From: an uncultured Chroococcidiopsis sp.
Lineage (GTDB): Bacteria > Cyanobacteriota > Cyanobacteriia > Cyanobacteriales > Chroococcidiopsidaceae
DNA: 64,000 nt
Reading direction: 5' to 3'
NCBI GenBank assembly: GCA_964248365.1
Contig: CAXTYC010000027.1
Coordinates: 1-64,000 of the forward strand
In this document: positions 41,961-52,709 of the stretch, piece by piece
How the letters are laid out: each line of letters begins with the position of its first letter
Numbering within the stretch: the first letter of the stretch is position 1
The notes under the pieces: model-generated
Seen by the model: only the letters and a program-made list of their open reading frames with translations
Told to the model about the DNA's origin: nothing
The model's database searches: none
Position numbers and translations under genes: made by a program

Positions 41961-43145
41961 GTGATGCAATACCGACGATTTGGTCGCACAGAATTACTCA
42001 TGCCAGTGTTTTCTTGTGGCGGAATGCGCTATCAGTTTAAGTGGCAGGATGTGCCAGCATGGCTAATTCCTCAGCACAATCAACAAAATCTAGAAGCCAC
42101 GATCCGAAGATCAATAGAAGTAGGCATTAACCACATTGAAACTGCGCGTGGTTATGGTACTTCTGAACTTCAGTTAGGGCGGATTCTGCCTCTTTTACCC
42201 CGTGACCAAATTATTGTTCAGACTAAAATTAGTCCCAGCCCAGCTCCGAAAGAGTTTCGGCGCAAATTTGATGTGTCTCTACGCAATCTCCGACTTGATT
42301 ATATAGATTTGTTGGGGTTGCATGGCATCAACAACAAGGAGACAATGCACCAGAGTATTCGTCCTGGTGGCTGTTTAGACGTAGCCAAGCAACTGCAAGC
42401 ACAAGGAAAAGTTAGATTTATCGGCTTTTCCACTCATGGAGCCACAGATACTATTGTGCAGGCGATCGCTACCGATTGTTTCGATTACGTTAATCTACAT
42501 TGGTACTACATCAATCAAAATAACTGGGCTGCGATTGAAGCTGCCCAATGTCATGATATGGGAGTGTTTATTATCAGTCCTACCGATAAAGGCGGAATGC
42601 TTTACAAGCCGCCACAAAAGTTAGTAGAACTGTGTGCGCCCCTTAGCCCGATAGTATTTAATAATCTATTCTGTCTAAGTGACTCGCAAGTACATACTCT
42701 CAGCATCGGTGCATCCTGTCCCCAGGATTTTGACGAACACCTGAAAACTTTGGAATTGTTGGATCGATCTGATGAAATATTACCGCCAATTTTGGCACGG
42801 CTAGAACAAGCAGCGATCGCGGCTTTGGGAGAAGATTGGGTAAAAACATGGCATATCGGTTTACCCAAGTATGACGAAACACCTGGCAATGTAAATATTC
42901 CTGTGATTTTGTGGCTGAGAAATCTAGCGATCGCTTACGATTTGACTGAATATGCCAAAATGCGCTACAACCTTTTGGGTAGTGGCGGTCACTGGTTCCC
43001 TGGTAATAATGCAGCACAAGTAAGTAAACTCGATCTGGGACAAAGTCTCATTCATAGTCCCCATGCAGACAAAATTCCAGCTAGACTAGAACACGCTCAC
43101 CAGTTATTAGCATCTCAAGCTGTCAAACGCCTTTCTCAACAATGA
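41961..43145 (+). CDS. Aldo/keto reductase family protein
   Basis: [17 protein letters not shown] and IGFSTHG motifs. Confidence 0.9.
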   Translation: MMQYRRFGRTELLMPVFSCGGMRYQFKWQDVPAWLIPQHNQQNLEATIRRSIEVGINHIETARGYGTSELQLGRILPLLPRDQIIVQTKISPSPAPKEFRRKFDVSLRNLRLDYIDLLGLHGINNKETMHQSIRPGGCLDVAKQLQAQGKVRFIGFSTHGATDTIVQAIATDCFDYVNLHWYYINQNNWAAIEAAQCHDMGVFIISPTDKGGMLYKPPQKLVELCAPLSPIVFNNLFCLSDSQVHTLSIGASCPQDFDEHLKTLELLDRSDEILPPILARLEQAAIAALGEDWVKTWHIGLPKYDETPGNVNIPVILWLRNLAIAYDLTEYAKMRYNLLGSGGHWFPGNNAAQVSKLDLGQSLIHSPHADKIPARLEHAHQLLASQAVKRLSQQ

Positions 43146-43283
43146 AAAATAGGGGGTTGCAGCAATTGAGGTATGATTTCGGATGTACCAATGTAGCCCT
43201 TCTACGTCTGTTCTGGATTTACCCTGCTTGGCAGTGTATTAATATATTTAGAAAAAATACCGCGTGTGTTGAGGCTATCCTCA

Positions 43284-43529
43284 ATGGATGACAAACATTT
43301 CCATAATGTAGATCCCGATGTTCTGAAGAAGATTACGGTTAACGATATCCTCACAGGTGATAAAATTACGCCAGTTCAAATTGACTATTCTGTTCAAGTA
43401 CCAACCCGAAATCAGAGTTTGCCTCGCTTGAGTAAGAAAGCATCGTTATATCCTCGGTGGGGTGGCTTGGATTATGCATCACTACCAGAATTAGATCCTG
43501 GTTATCGTGGTCGCCTTGGCGGTTGTTAG
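43284..43529 (+). CDS. Small hypothetical protein ending in LGGC
   Basis: 81-aa ORF from ATG 43284 in an intergenic gap; no recognised family. Confidence 0.4.
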   Translation: MDDKHFHNVDPDVLKKITVNDILTGDKITPVQIDYSVQVPTRNQSLPRLSKKASLYPRWGGLDYASLPELDPGYRGRLGGC

Positions 43530-43855
43530 GTAGCGGTTTATACCAAAACTTTCTTTTCAACCGCCAGAGGATGAAATGCTGTGAGTAATAGTCAAGAGGG
43601 AGTAGGGAACCCATGCTTAAAAGCACGGGATTGAGATAAGGACACTTTATGTCTCGGTACGTAGTGCGAGACATAATTCTTTGTCTAAAGTGGGCAAGTG
43701 ACCCACAACTGAAGTTTTTTTGTTTTTCCCCACTCCCTACTCCCTTCTTCGGTCAAAAGCGATCGCAGTTTTTTACCAATTTTGTATGTTTTTTTATCTG
43801 GTACCTGAGAATATGAAAACTGTCAACTGACATAATTTAAGTAGACAGTAATCTT

Positions 43856-44602
43856 ATGAGTCTCAATCGTCGCAATTTTCTGTTTTTAATTGGAGCAAGT
43901 GCGGGTGTATATGCCTTAGATACTTACCGTTCTTCTATTGTGCTAGGTGACACCTTAACCGCACAGACTCCTAAACAAAGTGGAACGTTTGAATTACCGC
44001 CTTTGCCCTACGCTTATAATGCCTTAGAGCCGCACATTGATGCTCAAACAATGCGGTTTCACCATGACAGACATCATGCAACCTATGTCAAAAACCTGAA
44101 TGCAGCAATCGAGAAACATCCACAACTTAAAGGTAGAAGTGTTGAACAACTGCTGCAAGATTTAAATAGTGTACCAGAAGATATTCGGACAACCGTTCGG
44201 AATAATGGTGGTGGTCATGTAAACCACAGTATGTTTTGGCGGATTATGAGTCCCAAAGGTGGCGGGCAACCAACGGGTGCGATCGCTTCTATAATTAATC
44301 AAAACTGGGGCAGCTTTGACAAATTCAAAACTCAGTTCAACCAAGCAGGTGAAAAACGCTTTGGTAGCGGCTGGGCGTGGCTAGTTCGTACCCGTGACGG
44401 TAAATATCAAATCACAAGCACCCCCAATCAGGATAGCCCATTAATGGAGGGTAGCTATCCAATTATGGGTAACGACGTATGGGAACACGCTTACTATCTC
44501 AAGTATAAAAACCGTCGTGCTGATTATCTAAAAGCTTGGTGGAATGTTGTTAACTGGAATGAGGTTAACCAGCGTTTAGCGCAAGCAACTAAATCAGCTT
44601 AA
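43856..44602 (+). CDS. sodA: Mn superoxide dismutase with Tat signal
   Basis: LPPLPY, NNGGGH.NH, NQD and DVWEHAYY motifs; twin-arginine NRRNFL. Confidence 0.93.
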   Translation: MSLNRRNFLFLIGASAGVYALDTYRSSIVLGDTLTAQTPKQSGTFELPPLPYAYNALEPHIDAQTMRFHHDRHHATYVKNLNAAIEKHPQLKGRSVEQLLQDLNSVPEDIRTTVRNNGGGHVNHSMFWRIMSPKGGGQPTGAIASIINQNWGSFDKFKTQFNQAGEKRFGSGWAWLVRTRDGKYQITSTPNQDSPLMEGSYPIMGNDVWEHAYYLKYKNRRADYLKAWWNVVNWNEVNQRLAQATKSA

Positions 44603-44604
44603 AC

Positions 44605-44647
44605 TCAGTCACCAGTGACCAGTTACCAATTGGTCACTGGTGACTGA
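44605..44647 (+). terminator. Hairpin after sodA
   Basis: TCAGTCACCAGTGACCA / TGGTCACTGGTGACTGA inverted repeat. Confidence 0.55.
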
Positions 44648-44821
44648 TGATGCGATCGCCTGCAAAACGGGTGGCTAACCATAGTTACTTAAGATACTTC
44701 AAATGTCCTTTGGTTGCTGCTAAACTACATCAAGAGTAAAACTATACTGGCTCGTTAAACATTATTTTATTTTAATCTACCATCCTGCTTGCAAGTCAAA
44801 TTAAATAAACCTAAATTTAAT

Positions 44822-46549
44822 ATGTTAGGAAAAACTGTTGTAAGTAACAGAAAAAACTACTCACTAAAAGCTATCTTTTGGGTTTTAGCTATATTTTTAG
44901 GCGCTCTTCAAGTTGGCGCTAATTTTTATATTCAAACTGCCGATGACATCATTGCTTATTTAGATATTGGTGAGGCTTACTTTCGAGGTGACTGGGATAC
45001 AGCTATTAATGCGTATTGGAGTCCTCTTTACTCTTGGATACTAGGGCTGACTTTAGCTGTCTTTAAGCCTTCTAGTTACTGGGAGTTTCCCTTAGTTAAA
45101 ATCATCAACTTTTTAATTTATTTGTTTGCTTTAGTTTGGTTTGAATTTTTTCTGCGCGAGTTGATATTTTATTACAACCATAAACTTGCAAAAGAAGGAC
45201 GAAATAGGGCTTTTAAGATACCAAGTTGGGTATGGATAGTGTGTGGCTACACCCTATTTATTTTTTCTTCGTTGCAATGGATAGGTGTCTATAGTGACAG
45301 CCCCGATATGTTGGTGGCAGCGTTTGTATATATAGCTACTGGTTTAATATTACGCATATCTAGGCATTCTGATAGCTGGTTGAACTTCCTGATTTTAGGA
45401 ACAGTGCTTGGATTGGGTTATTTATCCAAAGCAGTTATGTTCCCGCTAGGTTTTGTCTTTTTAGTAGTTAGCTTGTTTTCAGCAAAAAATCTCCGCCAAG
45501 CATTACCAAAAGCATTAGCGGCATTGCTAGTTTTTACTATTATAGTAACTCCTTTTATTGCGACAATTTCTACAGCGAAGAACCGCCTAACTTTTGGCGA
45601 CACTGGAAAGTTAAATTATGAATGGTTAGTAACCAATGAAGTTATACCTTATAGGTTTTGGCAAGGTAAAGAACCTGGTCATGGTATCCCCAAACATCCG
45701 GTTAGACAAATTTTTGATAATCCTAAAGTTTTTGAATTTGAGAAATCAGGAGGTGGTACATATTCTCCTTGGCATGATCCATCTTACTGGTATGAAGGGC
45801 TTGTATACAAATTCAGTTTGAAAAGACAACTAATAATTATAGGAAAAAATAGCATTTTTTATTACAAACAATTTATTGGAATTTTAATATTTGCTTACTT
45901 AATACTGGTTTGCGTCAGCGGCAGGTTTTGGCTTTCAATAAAAAACTTAATAGGAAATTGGATATTAATCATTCCAGCAGCAGCAGGCTTAGGTATATAT
46001 ATGTTAGTGATTGATATGCCTACTGCATTCCAGCCCACAAGGTACATTGCTCCCTTTATTGTGCTGTTGTTTGCTGGAGTGTTTACCAGTGTGCGTCTTC
46101 CTAATTCCCCAGAATCGAAAAGACTGATAGCTGGAATGTCTATTGCTACTTTAGTAATAATCAGTAGTCAGGTGTTTGGACAGGCTGCAAAAAATTTACG
46201 AACTGTATTAAGTGGTTCACAGCAGCATATTGAGTGGGAAGCTGCACAGAGTTTGCAACAGTTAGGGCTTCGCCCTGGAGAAAAAGTTGCCGTTCTGGGA
46301 CAATATTTAGCGCCTCATTATCATTGGGCTAGATTAGCACGAGTCAAAATTGTTGCAGAAGTTTTTGATGAAAAAAGCTTCTGGGAAGCAGATCCTGTTA
46401 TCCGAGCTGAAATTCTCAGACGTATAAAGAATACTGGAGTAAAAGCGATTGTACAAAGACCTGGGTTTAAGATCCCCAATGGGGCTATTGCACCAGGTTG
46501 GAGAAAAGTGGGGAACACTGACTACTATGCCTATTTCTTCAATAAGTAA
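44822..46549 (+). CDS. Polytopic membrane protein, probable GT-C (ArnT/PMT-like) glycosyltransferase
   Basis: DD..Y after TM1, YWSPLY, SPD and YLSKA motifs; more than 10 TM segments. Confidence 0.65.
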   Translation: MLGKTVVSNRKNYSLKAIFWVLAIFLGALQVGANFYIQTADDIIAYLDIGEAYFRGDWDTAINAYWSPLYSWILGLTLAVFKPSSYWEFPLVKIINFLIYLFALVWFEFFLRELIFYYNHKLAKEGRNRAFKIPSWVWIVCGYTLFIFSSLQWIGVYSDSPDMLVAAFVYIATGLILRISRHSDSWLNFLILGTVLGLGYLSKAVMFPLGFVFLVVSLFSAKNLRQALPKALAALLVFTIIVTPFIATISTAKNRLTFGDTGKLNYEWLVTNEVIPYRFWQGKEPGHGIPKHPVRQIFDNPKVFEFEKSGGGTYSPWHDPSYWYEGLVYKFSLKRQLIIIGKNSIFYYKQFIGILIFAYLILVCVSGRFWLSIKNLIGNWILIIPAAAGLGIYMLVIDMPTAFQPTRYIAPFIVLLFAGVFTSVRLPNSPESKRLIAGMSIATLVIISSQVFGQAAKNLRTVLSGSQQHIEWEAAQSLQQLGLRPGEKVAVLGQYLAPHYHWARLARVKIVAEVFDEKSFWEADPVIRAEILRRIKNTGVKAIVQRPGFKIPNGAIAPGWRKVGNTDYYAYFFNK

Positions 46550-46583
46550 TTTTGCTAAACCTATTGCCTAGCAAGCATTTTAC

Positions 46584-47357
46584 TTAACGAGTATGTAAAT
46601 AAACGCAATGACGAATGCTATTACTTATAGGAGTTGTAAACCCTTGGATTGTCTCAATTAAACCACCCAAGTTTTTGGCTGTATTTTCTAAGGTTTCTGT
46701 CTCCTGTGTTGTCCAATTACCCCGATAAAGTACTGCTAAACCTCCTGGCTTGAGTAAAGGTAAGGCATATTCAGCACAAACAGAGGCAGAACCTACAGCT
46801 CTAATTAGTGCAACATCGTAAGCTTGCTTATGTTGGAATTCCTTGTTTACAATTTCTGCTCTGCCAAGTACAGTATTAGCATTTTGAATGTTCAGTTCGG
46901 CTATTAAGGTATTGAGGAAAGTAACTTTCTTGCGAACTGAATCGAGGAGAGTTACTTGGGCATGAGGTAAAGCGATCGCAACGGGAATACCAGGAAATCC
47001 TGCTCCTGTTCCAATATCAATTATTTTTCTGGTAGTTGGTAATTGGTGAAAGGCGAGAGGCAAGAGGCGAGAGGCAAGAGGTAAGTTCTCACAGGGCAAC
47101 GCCTGCTCAAAATGCTCCCCCTGCTTTTTTCCTCGCCCCTCCAACAAAGGCGCAATTCCCCGCAAGGAATCCCACAAGTGTTTTTCCCAAAATTCTAGGG
47201 GTTGAGTGATGCGAGTTAAATTTAGTGTTTGGTTAGCTTGTATTATTAATTCATAAAGACGCTGAAATAGAAACTGTTGCTCAGCGTTGGGTTGCCAATT
47301 CAAGCTTTGCTGCCATAAATCCGCCATTTGGGGCAGCTGCGGTATATTATCAAGCAT
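46584..47357 (-). CDS. rsmG: 16S rRNA m7G527 methyltransferase
   Basis: NLTRI, HLWDSL, DIGTGAGFPG and RAE motifs. Confidence 0.95.
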   Translation of the reverse strand: MLDNIPQLPQMADLWQQSLNWQPNAEQQFLFQRLYELIIQANQTLNLTRITQPLEFWEKHLWDSLRGIAPLLEGRGKKQGEHFEQALPCENLPLASRLLPLAFHQLPTTRKIIDIGTGAGFPGIPVAIALPHAQVTLLDSVRKKVTFLNTLIAELNIQNANTVLGRAEIVNKEFQHKQAYDVALIRAVGSASVCAEYALPLLKPGGLAVLYRGNWTTQETETLENTAKNLGGLIETIQGFTTPISNSIRHCVYLHTR

Positions 47358-47364
47358 CTTTCAC

Positions 47365-48021
47365 TCAGGCTACACGAGGCTCAACAGGGTAAGGTGTAGT
47401 GGGAAACAGTTCACCTTGTTTGATTGTCCAACATCTATCAGCGATCGCTAACAAGTCCCCAGCATCATGAGTCACGACTAAAAGCGTCCAATGCTGTTTG
47501 AGTTTCGCCAATAAATTCACTAATTGACGGCGCATCGACCAGTCTAACCCCGCAGTTGGTTCATCCAATAGCAATAAATGCGGTTGACGAATTAGCTGTA
47601 CTGCTAAAGCCAAACGACGCTGTTGACCTCCACTTAATGCATAGGGTGATGTATGTAACGGTATATTTTCTAACCCCACTTCTAGCAAAGCTTGTTTGAC
47701 TCGTTCTGGTCCCAACTCTGGATGTCCTAACCGTAGTTCTTCTAAAATGGTATTACCACAGAAATGACGCTCAGGAAACTGAAATACTAAACCTGCCAAT
47801 TGTTGCAAATAATCAGGGGTCAATTCCTGCTCCCGCCAGCAAACGTTACCAGATGTGCCTGCAACCAGTCCAGATAGAATTTCTAATAGAGTACTTTTAC
47901 CAGAGCCACTAGGACCAATAACTAGCCCCAGTTGTTGTGGCGCTAATTCTAAGTTGATAGATTTTAAAATGGCTGTAGGGGTAGCTGGAGGGTGATAACT
48001 TAGATTTTTGAGATATAGCAT
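47365..48021 (-). CDS. ABC/ECF-type ATP-binding protein
   Basis: GPSGSGKS, FQFPERHF, LSGGQ and DEPTAGLD motifs. Confidence 0.9.
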   Translation of the reverse strand: MLYLKNLSYHPPATPTAILKSINLELAPQQLGLVIGPSGSGKSTLLEILSGLVAGTSGNVCWREQELTPDYLQQLAGLVFQFPERHFCGNTILEELRLGHPELGPERVKQALLEVGLENIPLHTSPYALSGGQQRRLALAVQLIRQPHLLLLDEPTAGLDWSMRRQLVNLLAKLKQHWTLLVVTHDAGDLLAIADRCWTIKQGELFPTTPYPVEPRVA

Positions 48022-48394
48022 CCGTTAACAGTACCAGAAAAAGTTAATGTTCATTTAGTCAGTACCAAAAATCATTCTGCCTATATTCTGGCAAACAGAT
48101 ACTCTTACTGATAATGCGATCGCGGCAACTTAACACCAGCATTAACGTCAAATAATTACAGCGATTAGCTTTTAGCTTTTAGCTGTAACTGGTAGTTGGT
48201 AGTTGGTAGTTGGTAACTGATAACTGATAACTGGTTCCTCTGGTTCCTCTGGTTCCTCTGGTTCCTGCAGGTAACTGATAACTGGTAACTGGTAACTGAT
48301 AACCGCTAATGATGACAGAAGTTTAATTGTTAAGCCATATTATTTACGACTTGTCAATCACCTACCAACGCGCTTGATTCTTTTGAGGAAAATA

Positions 48395-49321
48395 ATGAAT
48401 CGTCGGTTTTGTGCTTCTAAACAGCTGTTTGCTGGTATTGCTAGTGCTACTGCACTCACACTTAGCCTTTGGGTTAGCCCTACTCTTGCTCAAGATCCCT
48501 TTCGCGCCGCCCATCAACATACGATTGGTGAAAAAACAGAAGCAGCCTTCAGAGCCATCTTTGAGCAGGGAGATTACATGATGGGGGAACGTTATCTAGA
48601 GCAAGCAGAAAGAACTGAACCAAAAGAACCATTGACTTATGCAATGAAGGCATCTCTAGCCTATGCTAATAATCAAGACTTCAATGCCCTAGAATCCTAC
48701 GGTAAAAAAACTTTAGAAACTGCCCAGGAACTAATAAATACAGATCCCTTGCGTGGAAACTTGTATGCTGCTGTAGGTCATTTCTTACAAGGTGCTGCTG
48801 TTGTATCTCGTGAAGGTACTATAAAAGGAACGCCCACAGCTTTATCCCAACTGCGTCAAGTTTACTCTTATCTAGATAGAGCAGAAGCCATTTCCCCTTC
48901 TGATCCAGAACTTAATTTAGTGCGGGGATATATGGATTTGATGCTTGCTGTCAATCTACCCTTTGCTAACCCAGAGACTGCGATCACTCGATTAGAAAAA
49001 TTTGCTGGACCTAGATATCTAGCTTATCGTGGTCTTGCGCTGGGCTACCGCGATTTAAAACAGTATCCCCAAGCGATCGCCGCTGTAGATCAAGCTCTGC
49101 GCGCTACGGCTAACAACCCAGAGTTATACTATCTCAAAGGTCAAATCCTTTCGGCTCAAGGTAAACGGCAAAATAGCCAGCCGATTTTGCAGGAGGCTAT
49201 CAAGAATTTTGATCTGGCGATCGCCAAAAAAGATCAACTTCCCGCTGATTTAGTCAAACAAATTGAACGGGAACGCGCAAAAGCCGCCCAACGCCTGAGC
49301 GTCGCTCAGCAGTCTAAATGA
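48395..49321 (+). CDS. Exported TPR protein (Sll0314/Alr1548-like)
   Basis: Signal peptide then DPFR; TPR helices. Confidence 0.8.
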   Translation: MNRRFCASKQLFAGIASATALTLSLWVSPTLAQDPFRAAHQHTIGEKTEAAFRAIFEQGDYMMGERYLEQAERTEPKEPLTYAMKASLAYANNQDFNALESYGKKTLETAQELINTDPLRGNLYAAVGHFLQGAAVVSREGTIKGTPTALSQLRQVYSYLDRAEAISPSDPELNLVRGYMDLMLAVNLPFANPETAITRLEKFAGPRYLAYRGLALGYRDLKQYPQAIAAVDQALRATANNPELYYLKGQILSAQGKRQNSQPILQEAIKNFDLAIAKKDQLPADLVKQIERERAKAAQRLSVAQQSK

Positions 49322-49548
49322 GGGGATCTGGGGGGCTAGAGGAACCAGGGGCAAAGGGGCTAGAAGGGGACAAGGGGACAAGGGGACAAGGGAAAGAATT
49401 AAATATTCTGTTTTGTGTCTTCACAACTTCATAACTTCACAACTTCTGTCTCCTGACTTCTGTCGCCTGGCTCCTGACTTCACAATTTCACAGCTCGTGG
49501 CTTCAATCTTTCTGTATTATTACTTTTATTCAATTGGTACAAAAATAG

Positions 49549-50004
49549 ATGAAAGTAGAGTTCCGCGAGTTTAACCAATTCGATTTATGGATTTGGATAC
49601 AGTTTAGTACTGTTCCTTCTCAGGTTGAAAAGCAGTATGTTGAAGAGGTTTTTCGCTCCTGGTTTTATCTTGGTAAGCTGGGGGGATTTAATGCTGAAAA
49701 TCTTCAGGTCCAAGAAGAGGGATTGGATCTGAGCTATATGGAATATGATGAGCAAAGGGCTGACGAGAGCTTGATGTCACTCATGCACAATATGGGTGAG
49801 TTTGAATATTTAGGTACATGGGCGCGTTGCTGGTTTGACTTAGGAACGAGTGATGCGATCGCTCTGGATATTTTAATTAATGCCCTCAAACAATTGAGCC
49901 GAGAATACGTCACTATTGAATTGTTATATATTGGTGGAGAAAATGAGGACTGGGCAGTAGAAGACGACGACAGCAAATCTAGTTTTGTTTACGATGGGAA
50001 ATAG
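49549..50004 (+). CDS. DUF3531 family protein
   Basis: SWFYLGKLGGFNAEN and WFDLGTSD motifs. Confidence 0.85.
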   Translation: MKVEFREFNQFDLWIWIQFSTVPSQVEKQYVEEVFRSWFYLGKLGGFNAENLQVQEEGLDLSYMEYDEQRADESLMSLMHNMGEFEYLGTWARCWFDLGTSDAIALDILINALKQLSREYVTIELLYIGGENEDWAVEDDDSKSSFVYDGK

Positions 50005-50012
50005 CAATCATA

Positions 50013-50447
50013 ATGCATAAACAAGGTGAAATACGGGTTCTAGCCTTGGGAATAATTCGCCAAAGCGATCGCGTCTTTATTTCCGAAGGCTACGATCCGG
50101 TTAAGCAACAAACATTTTATCGAGCAATGGGCGGCGGTGTAGACTTTGGTGAAACTAGTCGCGAGGCTTTGCAACGAGAATTTCAAGAAGAAATCCAAGC
50201 AGAATTAACTAACATAAAATACCTGGGCTGTATGGAAAACTTGTTTACTTTCAACGGTAAACCAGGTCATGAAATTCTATTTATTTATGAATGTGATTTT
50301 GTCGAGCCTAAATTTTATCAATTAGAAGAGCTAACTTTTGCTGAAGGAGAGCGCAAAAAACGCGCACTTTGGGTAAACATTGACCGCTTTAAATCAGGTG
50401 AATTAAAATTAGTGCCTGAGCAGTTTTTTGAATACCTTGACTTTTAG
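50013..50447 (+). CDS. NUDIX hydrolase
   Basis: Nudix box GGGVDFGE.....LQREFQEE. Confidence 0.9.
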   Translation: MHKQGEIRVLALGIIRQSDRVFISEGYDPVKQQTFYRAMGGGVDFGETSREALQREFQEEIQAELTNIKYLGCMENLFTFNGKPGHEILFIYECDFVEPKFYQLEELTFAEGERKKRALWVNIDRFKSGELKLVPEQFFEYLDF

Positions 50448-50568
50448 GAACAAAAATAATATAATATATAGCAATTTCGGCAACTGTAGCAAAAGCGCCG
50501 ATTTTGAGACATTCCTCATACGAGTTAGCCAATGTGAATGGTGGGCAATGCCCACCCTACCAACTGTA

Positions 50569-51603
50569 TCAAGGTCGCACCATTACCTTAATTGCTTCTC
50601 GCCCATCCATTGCTGCATATCCAGAGGGAACGCCGTCGAGATCAACGTGAAGATCTAGCACGGGGGAAGGGTCAAGCTTACCCGCCACTACATCGGCAAG
50701 CAGTTCGGGAATGTAAGCACGAGCTGGCGCGACTCCACCGCGTAAGGTGATGTTAGACATAAACATAGTCCCTAGATTGATTGTCTCACTACCGTGAGGC
50801 ACTCCCACATAGCCAATCGCACCGCCAGGACGGGTAATTGAGATCGCCGTATCCATAGATGACTCACTACCAACGCATTCGAGTACAGACTCTGCTCCGC
50901 CCAAAGTCATTTCCTGAACTTCTGAGATAGCCTGCTGATCTCGACTTGTCACTACATCGGTAGCTCCAAAACGCCGCGCAATTTCCAGACGTTTTTCATG
51001 GCGACCAATGATGATAATGCGATCAGCTCCCAAGCGCTTTGCCGCTAGTACTCCACACAGTCCAACAGCACCATCACCAACTACTACTGCGGTTCCCCCT
51101 TGACGCACACCCGCAGAAACCGCCGCGTGATGACCTGTCGCCATCACATCAGTAAGCGGTAGAATTGCTGTTAGCATGGCATCGTCGCCCTCAACTTCCT
51201 TGGGAATGACGACAAGAGTACCATCGGCAAACGGCGCACGAACCGCTTCTGCTTGTCCGCCGTCATTAGACATACCCCAAAAGCCGCCTTGAACACAGGA
51301 AGTCTGTAATCCTTTGCCGCAAAATTCGCAACTGCCATCAGAAAAAGCAAAGGGAGCAAGGACGCGATCGCCTTTTTTGATATTGCGAACTTCCGATCCG
51401 ACTTCCTCGATAATTCCCATCCACTCATGACCTGTGCGCCAGCCTGGTTGCCAATTATCTAAGCCTCGGTAAAACCACAAATCCGAACCACAGATGCAAG
51501 CATGGGTAATTCGGGCGATCGCATCGGTAGGCTGCTGAATTTTTGAATCGGGGACGTTCTCGACTCGCACATCGCCCGGCGCATGGTAAACTGTTGCTCT
51601 CAT
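50569..51603 (-). CDS. Zn-dependent alcohol dehydrogenase family protein
   Basis: CGSD, GHE and GDGAVG motifs. Confidence 0.92.
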   Translation of the reverse strand: MRATVYHAPGDVRVENVPDSKIQQPTDAIARITHACICGSDLWFYRGLDNWQPGWRTGHEWMGIIEEVGSEVRNIKKGDRVLAPFAFSDGSCEFCGKGLQTSCVQGGFWGMSNDGGQAEAVRAPFADGTLVVIPKEVEGDDAMLTAILPLTDVMATGHHAAVSAGVRQGGTAVVVGDGAVGLCGVLAAKRLGADRIIIIGRHEKRLEIARRFGATDVVTSRDQQAISEVQEMTLGGAESVLECVGSESSMDTAISITRPGGAIGYVGVPHGSETINLGTMFMSNITLRGGVAPARAYIPELLADVVAGKLDPSPVLDLHVDLDGVPSGYAAMDGREAIKVMVRP

Positions 51604-51669
51604 TGAATGATCCTTGTAGTTTTTCTAGCTATTGCCGTTGATTTTTCAGGGAACTTCTGATGCCTAAAA

Positions 51670-52419
51670 TTATGATTCCTGTTCAGTTGGACGAATTAAA
51701 ATTTCGTTGACATTGACGTGAGGGGGCTGGGTAACTGCATAAACAATCGCTGCCGCAATATCTTCACTTGCTAAGGGTGTAATTGATTGAATCCAGGTTT
51801 TGGTTCGTTCCTTTGCCCCAGAATCTGTGATGTGATCGGTCAATTCTGTCGCAACTGCTCCAGGTTCAATGATCGTGACACGAATTTTCTCTTTATGAAC
51901 TTCTTGGCGTAGGGATTCTGAAAATGCACCCACCCCCCATTTTGTCGCATTGTAAACACCCGTTCCTGCACGGGCTGTGCGACCTGCCACTGAGGAAATG
52001 TTGATGATATGCCCTCCACCCTGCGCTTTCATAATAGGTAGGGCTGCATGGGTAGCATACATCAAGCCCAGGAGGTTAGTGTTTACCATGCGCCGCCAGT
52101 CTTCGGTATTAGCGCCATCTATGGAACCAAGCAGCATCACACCTGCGTTATTAACGAGGATATCCACACTACCAAAAGAGGCTTTGGCTTTAGATATCAT
52201 GTCATGTGCCTGCCCATCATCTGCAACATCAGCGACAATTGGCATCGCTTGTCCGCCGCTGTCTGAAATTTGTTTTACCAGGGTTTCTAGGCGATCGCTC
52301 CGTCGTGCTACGAGGGCTACCTTTGCCCCAACAGAAGCCAAGGCGATGGCAGTTGCTTCACCAATGCCTGATGAAGCCCCTGTCACAACCGCAACTTTGC
52401 CATCTAACTTGCCAGTCAT
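51670..52419 (-). CDS. SDR family NAD(P)-dependent oxidoreductase
   Basis: TGASSGIG, NNAG and YNATK motifs. Confidence 0.93.
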   Translation of the reverse strand: MTGKLDGKVAVVTGASSGIGEATAIALASVGAKVALVARRSDRLETLVKQISDSGGQAMPIVADVADDGQAHDMISKAKASFGSVDILVNNAGVMLLGSIDGANTEDWRRMVNTNLLGLMYATHAALPIMKAQGGGHIINISSVAGRTARAGTGVYNATKWGVGAFSESLRQEVHKEKIRVTIIEPGAVATELTDHITDSGAKERTKTWIQSITPLASEDIAAAIVYAVTQPPHVNVNEILIRPTEQES

Positions 52420-52555
52420 GATGTGCCTTAAATACTACGCTTTTTAGCCTAGTTAAGTTGCTAGATTTGATATACACCTTTAGGTTGAAGTTTAAGAACG
52501 AATTGGTATTAGTAGAGACATAGCACTGCTACGTCTTTTATGGTAGTTGTTAGTT

Positions 52556-52700
52556 CTGAGATCTTGCACCGATTGCAACGCCCGCCTGTGAATTAATTCA
52601 CACTCTCATAGCCCAAGCCGGATAAATCCGACTACAAGATCGTTTTTAGTCTACTTCAGTAGACTTTTGCTATTAGCCTTGAACTTAAGTTCAAGGCGGC
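52556..52700. repeat. REP-like nested-hairpin repeat
   Basis: Two inverted CCGCC-palindrome modules (GTGAATTAATTCAC; CTTGAACTTAAGTTCAAG; AGTCTACTTCAGTAGACT). Confidence 0.75.
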
Positions 52701-52709
52701 TCTGGATAC

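Noticed and set aside
43856..43960. Tat-exported SOD as a novelty
   Set aside because: Membrane-targeted Mn-SODs are already known in cyanobacteria.
51977..52447. 156-aa plus-strand ORF
   Set aside because: Antisense shadow of the SDR gene.
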